Positions 17,727 through 27,557 are shown, counted from the stretch's first letter. The stretch is DNA of 64,000 bases from an uncultured Thermoleophilia bacterium (GCA_963710975.1 CAVQCG010000001.1:279062-343061), one strand, 5' to 3'. Made by a program: numbers and translations. The notes: generated by a model not told the origin, from the letters alone.

Positions 17727-19811
17727 TCATGAGCGCTCCGCAGAATCGCGGCGATCGATGGCCTCGAGCACGGCCTCCGAGGTGATCGGCAGCTCGGTGA
17801 CGTGGATCCCGAGCGAGCCGAGTGCGTTCCCGATTGCCGCCGGCACAGGCGGTACGGCCGTCTCGCCGAGCCCGTGTACCTCGGCACCGATCTCCTCGAC
17901 GAGCTCGTGGGTCAGCTCCGGCAAGTCGGCGATCGACGGGATCTCGTAGTCGGAGAGGTTGGCGTTCGTCACCTGGCCATCCGCGAACGCGATGCCCTCG
18001 TAGAGGGCCCCGCCGAGTCCCATGATCATCGAGCCTTCGTTCTGGAGCTCCGCTCCCGGGGGATTGACCACCCGCCCTGCATAGACGGCGGCATGGAGCC
18101 GCACGACCTCGACCTTGCCGGTCTCCTCGTCGACACGCACCTCGGCCGCCCCCGCGCCCTGATGCCAGTGCGACGAGGCAAGACCCTGACCCGTGTCAGG
18201 ATCGAGCCCGCCCTCGTTTCGCACCTCGCCGACGCCTCGTCTTCCATCCCGGCGAAGATCCCGAACGGCCTCCTCGAGCGCCCGGCCCATCATGTACGTC
18301 GAGCGGCTCGAGGTTGCACGGGTGTCGTAGGGAACGATGCTCGTGTCGGGATCGGGGAAATCGACTTCGTCGACCCCGACACCGAGGAGCTCGGATGCGA
18401 CGAGCGAGAGCGCCCGTCGCGAGCCCTGCCCCATCTCGGCCGTCGCGCAGCGCAGCGTGTACCTCCCGTCCGTTTCCGCTTCGACGGCGATGGAAGCACG
18501 GCTCGGCGTCTGCATCCCCTTGAGGAGAACGCAGAGGCCCTTGCCCCTCCGTCCCTCCCGCCAGCCGATCGCAGTCGCGGCCCGCTCGAGGCAGTCGGCG
18601 AAGTGGACGTCGTGGACAGTCTCGCCGGTACAGAACATGTCCCCGTCCCTGAGGACGTTCCTGAGGCGAAGCTCGAGGGGGTCGATTCCCAGCCGGTCGG
18701 CGAGCGTGTCCATCAGCGACTCCGAGGCCCACACCGCTTGTGTCGCCCCGAAGCCGCGAAATGCGCCGTTCGGCGGCGTGTTCGTGTAGACGCAGCGAGA
18801 CTCGACACTCACGTTCGGGATCCGGTACGGACCCACGACGGAGTACCCGACCTTGACCGCCACGCCGGGCCCGCAGTCCGCATAGGCTCCCGTGTCGATC
18901 CAGGACTGGACGTCCTTCGCGACCAGCGTCCCATCCCCCCGGGCGCCGATCCGGACCGTGATCAGCGAGGGATGGCGATTGTTCGTCAGCCACTCCTCGT
19001 TCCGCGGCAGCACGCACCGCACGGGCCGTCGCGCCTTCCGCGCGAGCGCAGCCGTCAGCGCCTCGAGCCGGACGAAGGTCTTCGCGCCGAAGGAGCCTCC
19101 CATCGGCGGACACACGACGCGAACGTTCTCCTCCGGAATCCCGAAGACTCCCGCGACGTCCTCGCGCACGTTGAACGGAGTGTGCGTCCCTGTCCACAGG
19201 TCGAGTCGGTCGCCATTCCAGCTCGCGACGGTCGCATGCGGCTCCATCGCCGCGTGCTGGGCAGCGTCGGTTCGATACGTCCCTTCGACGACGACGTCCG
19301 ACCCCGCCAGGCCTGCAGCCGCGTCGCCGTGCACGATCCGGAAGCGGTGGCAGACGTTCGTTCCAGGCTCCGGCCTGATGCCGAAGTAGGAGGCGTCGTT
19401 GTCGGAGATCTGGATCTGCTCGTGGACGAGCGCCCGGCCGGTGAGCGCCTCCTCGATCCCCAAGGCCGCCGGAATCTCTTCGTACTCGACCTCGATCAGC
19501 GCGAGCGCCTCCTCGGCGAGCTCGACGGTCTCGGCCGCGACGGCCGCGACGGGATCGCCCGCATACCGCGCGCGATCGATCGCCAGCACCGATTGATCCT
19601 TGATCTGACAGCCGTAGCGGCCGAGCCCGCGGACGTCGTCCGGCGTGAGGGCGACGACGCCTTCGGGGACAGCCGATGCGTCGACCCGGCCGATCCTGGC
19701 GTGCGGGAACGGCGAGCGCACGATGCGCGCGTGGAGCATCCCCGGCAGCTCGTGATCCTGCGAGTAGCGAATCCGGGCCGCCAGGACGGGTGCGACGTGG
19801 GCCGGGATCAC
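17727..19811 (-). CDS. Mo hydroxylase large subunit (unsplit, 694 aa)
   Basis: ..LPGMLHARIVRSPFPHARI...PMGGSFGAK...AEMGQGSRRAL...HGLGETAVPPVPAAIGNAL. ATGA overlap with the FAD subunit. Confidence 0.9.
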   Translation of the reverse strand: MIPAHVAPVLAARIRYSQDHELPGMLHARIVRSPFPHARIGRVDASAVPEGVVALTPDDVRGLGRYGCQIKDQSVLAIDRARYAGDPVAAVAAETVELAEEALALIEVEYEEIPAALGIEEALTGRALVHEQIQISDNDASYFGIRPEPGTNVCHRFRIVHGDAAAGLAGSDVVVEGTYRTDAAQHAAMEPHATVASWNGDRLDLWTGTHTPFNVREDVAGVFGIPEENVRVVCPPMGGSFGAKTFVRLEALTAALARKARRPVRCVLPRNEEWLTNNRHPSLITVRIGARGDGTLVAKDVQSWIDTGAYADCGPGVAVKVGYSVVGPYRIPNVSVESRCVYTNTPPNGAFRGFGATQAVWASESLMDTLADRLGIDPLELRLRNVLRDGDMFCTGETVHDVHFADCLERAATAIGWREGRRGKGLCVLLKGMQTPSRASIAVEAETDGRYTLRCATAEMGQGSRRALSLVASELLGVGVDEVDFPDPDTSIVPYDTRATSSRSTYMMGRALEEAVRDLRRDGRRGVGEVRNEGGLDPDTGQGLASSHWHQGAGAAEVRVDEETGKVEVVRLHAAVYAGRVVNPPGAELQNEGSMIMGLGGALYEGIAFADGQVTNANLSDYEIPSIADLPELTHELVEEIGAEVHGLGETAVPPVPAAIGNALGSLGIHVTELPITSEAVLEAIDRRDSAERS

Positions 19812-20641
19812 GCCGCAGTGGTGTCGAGGGCCTCGAGGGCGCGGCGCACTTCGACGGCGATCACGCGCCGGCGGTACCGGGACGATCCGCGGATGTCGCC
19901 AATCGGCTCGATCGCTTCCGCGTAGCGCATGCCGATCTCCGACGCGAGCTCGGTGGTCATCGGCTCGCCGTCAGCGAGCGCACAGATGTCCGGAAAATGC
20001 TGGGGCCGGCCGGCAACCGCCCCGACGACCACGCGCACCGTCGCATCGTGCCGCGCTGCTGCCACCGAGACGCACGGCCGGTCCTCATGCGAGCGCGACC
20101 TGAACTTGCGGTAAACGGCAGGGCCGTCGTTCCGCGGCACGCGGGCCTCGACGATCAGCTCGTCGGGCCCGAGCGACGTCTCGTAGTGCCCGACGATCAG
20201 CTCGTCGATCGGAATCTCACGCTCCCCGCCCGACCGTCGGACGATCGCCCGGGCGCGAAGCGCGCACAGGATCGCGGGGGGATCCGACGCGTAGTCGGCA
20301 TCGGCGAGGACGCCCCCGACGGTTGCCTGATTCCGCACGCGCGGACTGGCAACCACCGAGAACGCATGCGCGAGCGCCGGCCAGCCGTCGGCCACAGCCG
20401 ACGAACGCTCGACCGATCTGTGGCGCGCCATCGCACCGAGCCGAAGCTCGCCGTCCGCTTCGATCCCGTCGATACCGGGCACATCGCGCAGGCTCAGGAG
20501 GCACGAGGGCTGGAACAGCCGCTGATTCATCAGGATCGTGATGAACGTCCCGCCGGCGAGCACCGTGGCTTCGTCGCCGAGCGACGCCTTCAGGTCGAGC
20601 GCCTCGTCAAGGGACGCGGGTCGAAGGAACTCAGGCTGCAT
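19808..20641 (-). CDS. FAD-binding subunit (CoxM-like)
   Basis: MQPEFLRPASLDEALDL..ATVLAGGTFITILM...NQATVGGVLADA. ATG 20641 overlaps the upstream stop region by 11 nt. Confidence 0.85.
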   Translation of the reverse strand: MQPEFLRPASLDEALDLKASLGDEATVLAGGTFITILMNQRLFQPSCLLSLRDVPGIDGIEADGELRLGAMARHRSVERSSAVADGWPALAHAFSVVASPRVRNQATVGGVLADADYASDPPAILCALRARAIVRRSGGEREIPIDELIVGHYETSLGPDELIVEARVPRNDGPAVYRKFRSRSHEDRPCVSVAAARHDATVRVVVGAVAGRPQHFPDICALADGEPMTTELASEIGMRYAEAIEPIGDIRGSSRYRRRVIAVEVRRALEALDTTAA

Positions 20642-21176
20642 CGACGGTCGCCAGCGCGTGCTCGTACAGCGGGCGGGCGAGCTCGACCGCCCGCTCGACC
20701 CGAATCCGGTCGAACATGTACGTAAGCTGATCCTTCGCACGCTGACGGCTACAGCGTCCGTTGACGTACCAGCGCACAACCACCTGGTCGTTGACCTCGA
20801 GGAACGAGAGCGAGTCGGAGGCCTGCAGGAGGTTCTCGTCCGCTGCCCCGCCGACCTCGTGGGCGAGAATCAGCCGCTCGACCTCGGCCACCAGCGCACT
20901 CGAGGCTTCCTGGTCACGGAGCCACTCTCCGACGATGCGGGCAGAGCGCGCCGAGTGTGCCTGCCTGTACGCCGGATCGTCCGCAGGCATGGTCGCCGGA
21001 TCCATCGACGGACCGCCCGGGAAGTGGCGCTCCATGTCGTGCGTCAGCGCCGCCAGGACGAGCCCCTCGCCAGCGCCGGCGTCGAGCACGAGGAGCCAAT
21101 CCCGCGTGCGCTCGAGGTGGCGGGCGTTCCAGTACGGCTCGATCCAGGCCTCGGCCGCGGAGACGAGCTCGCTCAC
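20631..21176 (-). CDS. HD-domain protein
   Basis: GTG 21176 overlaps the upstream stop (GTGA). ..LVLAALTHDMERH..ILAHEVGG.. Confidence 0.6.
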   Translation of the reverse strand: MSELVSAAEAWIEPYWNARHLERTRDWLLVLDAGAGEGLVLAALTHDMERHFPGGPSMDPATMPADDPAYRQAHSARSARIVGEWLRDQEASSALVAEVERLILAHEVGGAADENLLQASDSLSFLEVNDQVVVRWYVNGRCSRQRAKDQLTYMFDRIRVERAVELARPLYEHALATVDAA

Positions 21177-21994
21177 AGCGTGGTCACCGGCCGCGACTGC
21201 AGGAGGTAGATCTTGCCGGCTGCGATCGCCCACTCGACGTCCTGTGGGCCGCCGAAGTGCTCCTCGAGCGCGCGGCCCAGGTCCGCCAACGACCGGAGCT
21301 CGCCCTCCCCCAGCACACCGCCGGCCACGAGGCTCGAGCGCTTGACCGTACCCGAGCGGTCCGTCACGTAGTGGTCGGGTGTCACCTCACCGGATACGAC
21401 CTGCTCACCGAGCCCGCGAACCGCCTCGATGATCATCTGGTCCCGGCGTCGCTGCACCGGGTCGACAGTGAACATGACGCCCGCCGTGTCCGCGTCGACC
21501 ATTCTCTGGACGACGACGGCCATCCCCAGGTCCTCGAGCGAGCCCTTGTGACTTCGGTAGAAGATGGCACGCTCGCTGAAGAACGAGGCCCAACATTCGA
21601 CGACGCGCGCGCAGACGTCCTTCGCCCCTTCGACGTTGAGGTACGTCTCTTGCTGGCCGGCGAAGCTCGCCGCATCGGAGTCCTCGGCGGTTGCCGAGGA
21701 GCGCACGGCAACGCGACCACCTCCGAGGCGCTCGTACGCCTCGCCGATCTCCTGGCTCGGAGGCTCCGCGGCGAGGACGACCGTCTGTGCCTCGTCGTGC
21801 GACCGGGCGACCGCGAGATCCCGCAGGCGAACCGGATCGACGGATCGCTCGAGGATGCCCGCCGGGACGACGAATCCTGGCGGAACCGGCAGCCCTGCAG
21901 CGGTCATCGCCGCCAGGCTCGCACCCTTGCCCCCGGCAACGGCAACGTCGCCGCATGCTGGTTCATCGAAGCCAATGACGGCCGTTCCCGGCAT
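21173..21994 (-). CDS. PEP/pyruvate-binding ATP-grasp protein (PPDK_N type, PpsB-like)
   Basis: 273 aa from ATG 21994. VAGGKGASLAAMTAAGLPVPPGFVV...VAVRSSATAEDS..SFAGQQETYLNV...VVQRMV..AGVMFT.DP...DVEWAI.. The track ORF 21173..22834 wrongly extends it across the cyclase gene. Confidence 0.8.
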   Translation of the reverse strand: MPGTAVIGFDEPACGDVAVAGGKGASLAAMTAAGLPVPPGFVVPAGILERSVDPVRLRDLAVARSHDEAQTVVLAAEPPSQEIGEAYERLGGGRVAVRSSATAEDSDAASFAGQQETYLNVEGAKDVCARVVECWASFFSERAIFYRSHKGSLEDLGMAVVVQRMVDADTAGVMFTVDPVQRRRDQMIIEAVRGLGEQVVSGEVTPDHYVTDRSGTVKRSSLVAGGVLGEGELRSLADLGRALEEHFGGPQDVEWAIAAGKIYLLQSRPVTTL

Positions 21995-22713
21995 CAGTCG
22001 TCGATGATCGCAACCGCACGAACCGGGGCGGCGGTCGTCCCGAGCCACTTGATGGGGAACACCGAGAGCTTGAACCCGTGCGTGGGAAGCTGATCCAGGT
22101 TCATGAGGTTCTCGAGATGCCAGTAGTCCTCGTCCATCATCACCTTGTGCGCTTCCCAGAAGTGCTTGCCCTCGAACATCGCCCAGACGGGCGGGTCGAA
22201 GGTGATCGCGTCGATCCCCATCATCCTGACGCCGTGGGCGATCAGGTGCCGCGTCGCTTCGGCGGTCATTCCCGAATGGTCGGTCCGGTACCGCTCCTCG
22301 GTGTTGTACGCGCCGGCGCCCGTGTGGATGAGGACGATGTCGCGCTCTTTGAGCGTGTAGCCGATCGACTCGAGCGCTTCGTCGATGTCGGCCACCGTGA
22401 TGCGGTAGCCCGACTCGCGGTCGGTGAAGTCGAGCCGGACGCCGTCGGAGAAGCAGTACTCGAGTGGGATGCCCTCGACCCCGGGCGCGTCGGGGCCGCG
22501 CAGATGCTTGACCGCATCGCAGTGCGTTCCGACGTGGTCGTTCTGGATGACGAGGTAGCTCGCAGTGAGCCAGTCGGCCCCGTACTCGGCCGCGCCGATC
22601 CGCTCGGCGAACTCCTGCCAGCTCTCGTACATGAGCAGCGTCGGCGGCGGGACGCGTGGAAACGTGAGCATGTCCTTGTGAACGGGCATGGAGAGATCGA
22701 CGAGCCGGGTCAC
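21994..22713 (-). CDS. cyclase-family hydrolase (kynurenine-formamidase-like)
   Basis: 239 aa. HVGTHCDAVKH fits the family signature HxGTHxDxxxH. Confidence 0.8.
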   Translation of the reverse strand: MTRLVDLSMPVHKDMLTFPRVPPPTLLMYESWQEFAERIGAAEYGADWLTASYLVIQNDHVGTHCDAVKHLRGPDAPGVEGIPLEYCFSDGVRLDFTDRESGYRITVADIDEALESIGYTLKERDIVLIHTGAGAYNTEERYRTDHSGMTAEATRHLIAHGVRMMGIDAITFDPPVWAMFEGKHFWEAHKVMMDEDYWHLENLMNLDQLPTHGFKLSVFPIKWLGTTAAPVRAVAIIDD

Positions 22714-23354
22714 GGAGTTCCTCCTCTGAGAACGAGCTCGCCGAACTCCTCGATGTGCCGGCGCATCGCGCGGCCCGCTCGCTCGGGGTCGTGCTCGGAG
22801 AGCGCGGCGAGCACGGGCTCGTGCGTGTTGGCAAGCTCGTGGTGGTCGATGCCTGTCTTGAGAGCGGTGATGATCGTACGTGCCTCGACGCGGAGCGACG
22901 TCCAGACGTCGAGCAGAATCCGGTTTTCCGCGGCCTCCACGATCACGCGGTGGAAGCGAACGTCGTGCTCGACGAGGCCGTGGAGGTCAGCCCCGTCCGC
23001 TGCCCGTCGCATCGCGGCGAGCTCGTCCTCGAGCAGCCCGACGTCGCCGCCGAGGCGAGCAGCCGCCTCGCGGGCCGCCAGCTCCTCGACGGCTGCTCGC
23101 ACGGGGTAGATCTCTGCGAGCTCCTCCTCCGTGACCGCGCGCACGCGAGAGCCGCGGAACGGTTCCGACTCGACGAAACGAAGCACCTCCAGATCTCGAA
23201 GCGCCTCACGGACGGGTGCCTGACTCGTCCCGAGCTCCTGGGCGATGCGTGTCTCGACGAGCCGGTCGCCCGGCCGGTACTCCCCTGCGAGAATCCGCTC
23301 GAGCAGCAACTCCTTGACCTGCTCGCGCAGGACGGTGCGGGTGACGGCGCTCAT
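22710..23354 (-). CDS. GntR-family (FadR/FCD-type) transcriptional regulator
   Basis: ATG 23354 with GGAGGA upstream. ..YRPGDRLVETRIAQELGTSQAPVREALRDLE.. (wHTH) plus a helical FCD-like C-terminus. Confidence 0.85.
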   Translation of the reverse strand: MSAVTRTVLREQVKELLLERILAGEYRPGDRLVETRIAQELGTSQAPVREALRDLEVLRFVESEPFRGSRVRAVTEEELAEIYPVRAAVEELAAREAAARLGGDVGLLEDELAAMRRAADGADLHGLVEHDVRFHRVIVEAAENRILLDVWTSLRVEARTIITALKTGIDHHELANTHEPVLAALSEHDPERAGRAMRRHIEEFGELVLRGGTP

Positions 23355-23475
23355 CTCGTCCTCCGCGGGCGCGGGGGCCGCCCGCGTGCCTCCTCCCAGC
23401 TCGAGCGTAGCGCCGAGATCCGCGCGAGTGACGCACGAAATGCGCCGAGAGACGGGCCGAATCGTGTCGCGTCTG

Positions 23476-25208
23476 TCACGCGAGAATCTCGACGACGCCG
23501 GTCGACCCGTTGACGCGCACGCGATCACCCGTCTTGATCCGCTCGGTGGCGATCGACGTCCCGACGACCGCCGGAATGCCGAACTCGCGCGACACGACGG
23601 CCGGATGCGCGGCAACTCCGCCCGCGTCCGTCACGAGCCCGGCGATCTTCGTGAAGAGCACGACCCATGCCGGGTTCGTCATCTGGCAGACGAGGATCTC
23701 GCCCTCCTTCACCTGATCGAACTCGTCGAGGGACGCGACCTGACGGGCGATCCCTTCGGCGATCCCGGGCGACGCGGCCAGCCCGGTGATCTGATCTTCG
23801 GACGACGGCGGCTCGCGCGAGAACTTCTCGGGAAAACCCCAGAGCGTGTAGTACGGGAAGTCGAGCTGGGACCTCGTCGCCGTGCCGACCCAGTCGGGGG
23901 GCGGATTGCGAATGCGTCCTCCCGCTCGTCCCGCCGGGACGACACGAGCGTGCGTGCATCGAATGCCGCGGGGCTGGCGGTGAGGAGGCGCAGCTCGTTG
24001 TAACGCAGGTAGAGCACGTCCTCCGGGTCGTCGATCACGCCCTCCTCGACGAGCCGCTTGCCGATCGCGATCGCGACCAGCCGGAGTCGCGCGTTCGTGC
24101 CCTGGTCGATGAAGAAGTGGTGGTCGGGCGTGAGCGGGTTCATCCGCAGCGAGAGGTCGAGTGCGGCCTGGAGCTTGTCGCGACCCTCACCAGCGGGAAC
24201 GTCGTCCATGAGATCGTGAACCGCGGACTCGAGATCCTCCTTCACGGCCGCCAGGGCGCCGGCGTAGTCGTAGTCGGACTCGAGGTACCCGCGAACAGCC
24301 TCGATGATCGGTGCCGGATTCTCGCGCCAGGTCGGGTAGACGAACTCGTGCGACCAGATCGCCTTCGCGCCGAATTCGGCTTGATAGGGCCCGAGCTTCT
24401 CCTCGACGAAGCTCCGCCCACGCTCTGACGCATCGAGCGCCTTGAGGACCGCCGCCGCGTTGTCGCCCGCCCGGAAGGCGTCGGCCAGCTCGGAGTCGGC
24501 CTTCACCTCCTCCTTCATCTGCCAGAGCGCCTCGATCGAGTCCCAGTTGCGGTCGTCGACCGAGCTCTGAAGGCGGCCGACGAGGCCGGGATCGACCTCG
24601 CCTTTCACTTCCTCGATCGTCGCGTTCAGCGCGATCGTGGCCGAGAACTGCGCAAAGTTGAGCATCCAGTGGATCTTCCAGTGGCGATCGTGGACGTCGA
24701 TCGCATCCTCGAAGAGGACTGCAAGCTCGACGAGGGTCGCGTCGTCCATGTCGTAGCCGTCGAGATAGGCGAAGTTCTGCTCGATCTCCGGCCGGAGGCG
24801 ATCGCGCCACCAGTCGAGGAAGTTGAGCGCGTAGTGAGGGAGCACGAAGCCGAGGTACGCGCCCATCGTGCCGGCATAGCCGGGATCGCGCGGGACTCGC
24901 GGCACGTAGCGGGCTTCGTACTCAGTTGCCTCGGCTCGCAGCGACTCGTCGGCGGGAATCGCAGCCATGTAGGCGTACCCGTTGATCTTCTTCATGATCC
25001 AGTCGCTCGCGAACGGAGTCGCGAAGCGCCGGAACATGTGGTCGCACGTGAGCCACCACCCGCCGATGTCGAAGAAGAGCGGCGAGACGGGATTCGGGCA
25101 GTGCAGGTCGTCGTAGATCCAGAGGAGCTCCTTCTCCCCCTCCGCCCATTCGATCGGGAACTCGTCCGAGCCGTAGAAGCTTCCGAGGATCTCCTCGCCA
25201 GCTGCCAT
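23476..25208 (-). CDS. PEP-utilising enzyme, central plus swivel-His domains (PpsA-like); apparent 1-nt deletion in the G6 run 23896-23901
   Basis: ATG 25208 (GAAGGGGG 7 nt upstream) opens MAAGEEILGSFYGSDEFPIEWAEGEKELLWIYDDLHCPNPV... After ..FAIRPP the sensible frame shifts to DWVGTATRSQLDFPYYTLWGFPEKFSREPPSSEDQITGLAASPGIAEGIARQVASLDEFDQVKEGEILVCQMTNPAW..DAGGVAAHPAVVSREFGIPAVVG (track ORF 23476..23712). Confidence 0.75.
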
Positions 25209-25284
25209 CTCGCTGCCCCCTTCGTCCGACGTCACGGGGATCATCGATCATCGATCATCGCCCGTCAAGCGCCGTTCGACGACA

Positions 25285-26055
25285 ATGCAACCCGTGGGAT
25301 CTCTCGACGGGCGCGTTGCCCTCGTCACCGGGGCTGGCACTGGAATCGGACGGGCAAGCGCGATCCGGCTTGCCGCCGAGGGCGCAGCTGTCACGGTGAC
25401 CGGAAGGCGGCCGGAGCTCCTCGCGGAAACCGTCGCAAGGATCGAGAGCGGTGGCGCCCGTGCGCATGCCGTCCCTGGCGACGTCTCGCTCGAGGCGGAT
25501 GCGAAGCGGATGGTCGACGAGACGGTTGCAGCCTTCGGTGGGCTTCACGTCCTCGTCAACAACGCCGGCTCGATCCGGCGGAACGTGCTCCTGCACGAAA
25601 CGCCGACCGACCGTTGGGACGACCTCGTGACGGCGAATCTCCGCAGTGTCTTTCTCGTCACCCGGGCCGCGCTCGCGGCCATGCTCGAGACAGACGGCGA
25701 CCGTTCCATCGTCAACATCGCGTCGACGTTCGCCCACACGAATGCCGTAGGAGTATCGCCCTACGCCGCGGCGAAGGGAGGCGTCGTCGCTCTCACGCGA
25801 TCGCTCGCCGTCGAGTACGCAGACCGCGGGATCCGCGCGAACTGCATCTGCCCGGGCATCGTGGTGACGCCGCTGGCGTACGTCGACCGGCCGAACTTCG
25901 AGGAGGATCGCACCCGCCTCGAGGCCCTCTTCCCACTCGGGCGGCTCGGCGAGCCCGACGACGTTGCCGCGGCCGTCGCTTACTTTGCCTCACCGGAGGC
26001 GGGATGGGTGACCGGCGTCGTCATGGATGTCGACGGCGGTTTCACCGCCCGTTGA
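25285..26055 (+). CDS. SDR-family oxidoreductase
   Basis: 256 aa. VALVTGAGTGIGRASA, NNAG, YAAAKGGV. Confidence 0.9.
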   Translation: MQPVGSLDGRVALVTGAGTGIGRASAIRLAAEGAAVTVTGRRPELLAETVARIESGGARAHAVPGDVSLEADAKRMVDETVAAFGGLHVLVNNAGSIRRNVLLHETPTDRWDDLVTANLRSVFLVTRAALAAMLETDGDRSIVNIASTFAHTNAVGVSPYAAAKGGVVALTRSLAVEYADRGIRANCICPGIVVTPLAYVDRPNFEEDRTRLEALFPLGRLGEPDDVAAAVAYFASPEAGWVTGVVMDVDGGFTAR

Positions 26056-26056
26056 C

Positions 26057-26497
26057 GTGGGGATCCTCACACGGGAACTCTGGCTCCGGCGTACACGCGA
26101 TGAGGTCTTCCCGTTCTTCGCGGACGCATTCAACCTCGAGGCGATCACGCCGCCGTGGCTGCGGTTTCGCGTCATCACGCCCGCCCCGATCGAGATGCGC
26201 CAGGGTACTCGGATCGACTACCGGCTCCGGTTTCGTGGCGTGCCGGTCCGCTGGCACAGTGAGATCACTGCATGGGATCCACCACACCGCTTCGTCGACG
26301 AGCAGCGACGTGGCCCCTACCGCCACTGGATCCACGAGCACACGTTCGAGACACACAAGGGCGGAACGCTCGTCCGCGATCACGTCGACTATGCCGTCGC
26401 GGGAGGTGCGTTTCTCGAGCGCGCGTTCGTCGCGCGCGACCTCGACCGGATCTTCGAGTTCCGCAGCGCGACGCTCCGCGAGCTTCTCGAGGGGTGA
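26057..26497 (+). CDS. SRPBCC-superfamily protein
   Basis: ..ELWLRRTRDEVFPFFADAFNLEAITPPWLRFRV...WHSEITAWDPPHRFVDEQRRGPYRHWIHEHTF.. Start uncertain (GTG 26057 or ATG 26027). Confidence 0.7.
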   Translation: MGILTRELWLRRTRDEVFPFFADAFNLEAITPPWLRFRVITPAPIEMRQGTRIDYRLRFRGVPVRWHSEITAWDPPHRFVDEQRRGPYRHWIHEHTFETHKGGTLVRDHVDYAVAGGAFLERAFVARDLDRIFEFRSATLRELLEG

Positions 26498-26566
26498 CCG
26501 GAGGGACTCGAACCCTCGACCACCGGGACCACAACCCGGGGCTCTACCAACTGAGCTACGGCCACC
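26493..26566 (-). tRNA. tRNA-His (anticodon GTG) with encoded G-1
   Basis: Reverse complement G-GTGGCCG-TA-GCTCAGTTGGTAGAGC-C-CCGGG-TTGTGGT-CCCGG-TGGTC-GAGGGTTCGAGTCCCTC-CGGTCAC-C folds as a cloverleaf. Confidence 0.9.
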
Positions 26567-26614
26567 GTGCCGCAGTCACGATAGCCGAGGGCGAGGGTGC
26601 TACGCTCGCCACGG

Positions 26615-26687
26615 GCGCCTGTAGCTCAGTGGACAGAGCGACGGCCTTCTAAGCCGTTGGTCGCAGGTTCGAATCCTGCCAGGCGCA
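26615..26687 (+). tRNA. tRNA-Arg (anticodon TCT)
   Basis: GCGCCTG-TA-GCTCAGTGGACAGAGC-G-ACGGC-CTTCTAA-GCCGT-TGGTC-GCAGGTTCGAATCCTGC-CAGGCGC-A. Confidence 0.92.
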
Positions 26688-26758
26688 TCAGGCGCAATCT
26701 CCGCAGCAGACTCAAGGACGTAGCAGCAGGCGGCCGAGGTGCCCAGGGATTCGGGTCA

Positions 26759-27547
26759 TCAGTCGCTGTCCGTCACGTAGCCGAAGGCACGCCACCCACC
26801 GTCGACGATCAGAGACGTGCCCGTGACGAAGCTCGAATCCTCGTCCGCTGCGAGAAAGAGCGCCGCCTTCGCGATCTCGTCAGGTCGGCCAAAGCGCTTC
26901 ATCGGCGTCCGCCTCAGATACGCCTCGGCGTTCACGAGCCCCTCCTCGATCGCACGGTCGAGCAGCTCGGTACGAGTGACGCCCGGACAGATCGCGTTCA
27001 CGCGCACGCCGTGCTCCGCCCACTCGATCGCAAGCACCTCTGTCATGCTTACGACGGCGGCCTTGGCAGCGTTGTACGCGAGCCGCATGGGAAACGCGAC
27101 CGTCGCGTTCATCGAGGAGATGTTCACGATTGCCCCGCCGCCCTTCTGGATCATCTGACGTCCGAAGGCCTGGCAGCAGAAGAACACGCCTGTCGCCATC
27201 ACGTCGAGGGATCGCCGCCAGGGCTCCTCGGGGAAATCGAGCGACGGGCCCATGAGCGCGACGCCGGCGTTGTTGACGAGCACGTCGCAGGGGCCGAGCT
27301 CGGCCTCGACCGCCGAAGCGGTTCTCACGACGGCCTCGCGGTCGGCGACGTCGCACAGGTAGGCACGCGCCTCCGTCCCGCGTGCCGCCAGGTCGTTTGC
27401 CGCCTCCTGCCCGGCCTGGCCGTCGAGCTCGAGGATCGCGATCCGGGCGCCATTCGCGGCGAACTCCTCGACGATCGCCCGTCCGATCCCCCGCGCACCG
27501 CCCGTGACGACGCAGACCTTTCCCTGCAGCTTCGTGTCCTGTCCCAT
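26759..27547 (-). CDS. SDR-family oxidoreductase
   Basis: 262 aa. VCVVTGGARGIGRAIV, NNAG, YNAAKAAV. Confidence 0.9.
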   Translation of the reverse strand: MGQDTKLQGKVCVVTGGARGIGRAIVEEFAANGARIAILELDGQAGQEAANDLAARGTEARAYLCDVADREAVVRTASAVEAELGPCDVLVNNAGVALMGPSLDFPEEPWRRSLDVMATGVFFCCQAFGRQMIQKGGGAIVNISSMNATVAFPMRLAYNAAKAAVVSMTEVLAIEWAEHGVRVNAICPGVTRTELLDRAIEEGLVNAEAYLRRTPMKRFGRPDEIAKAALFLAADEDSSFVTGTSLIVDGGWRAFGYVTDSD

Positions 27548-27557
27548 GCTCTCCGCT

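Noticed and set aside
21995-22834. Upstream 280 codons of track ORF 21173..22834
   Set aside because: This is the alternative frame of the well-supported cyclase gene. The ATP-grasp homology starts at ATG 21994.
25241-25260. TCATCGA x3 tandem heptamer in the divergent promoter gap
   Set aside because: It is too short to separate from chance or slippage, and I saw no matching motif elsewhere in the window.
26493-26497. Overlap of the tRNA-His 3' end with the SRPBCC stop codon on the opposite strand
   Set aside because: This is a 5-nt convergent overlap with no evident functional implication.
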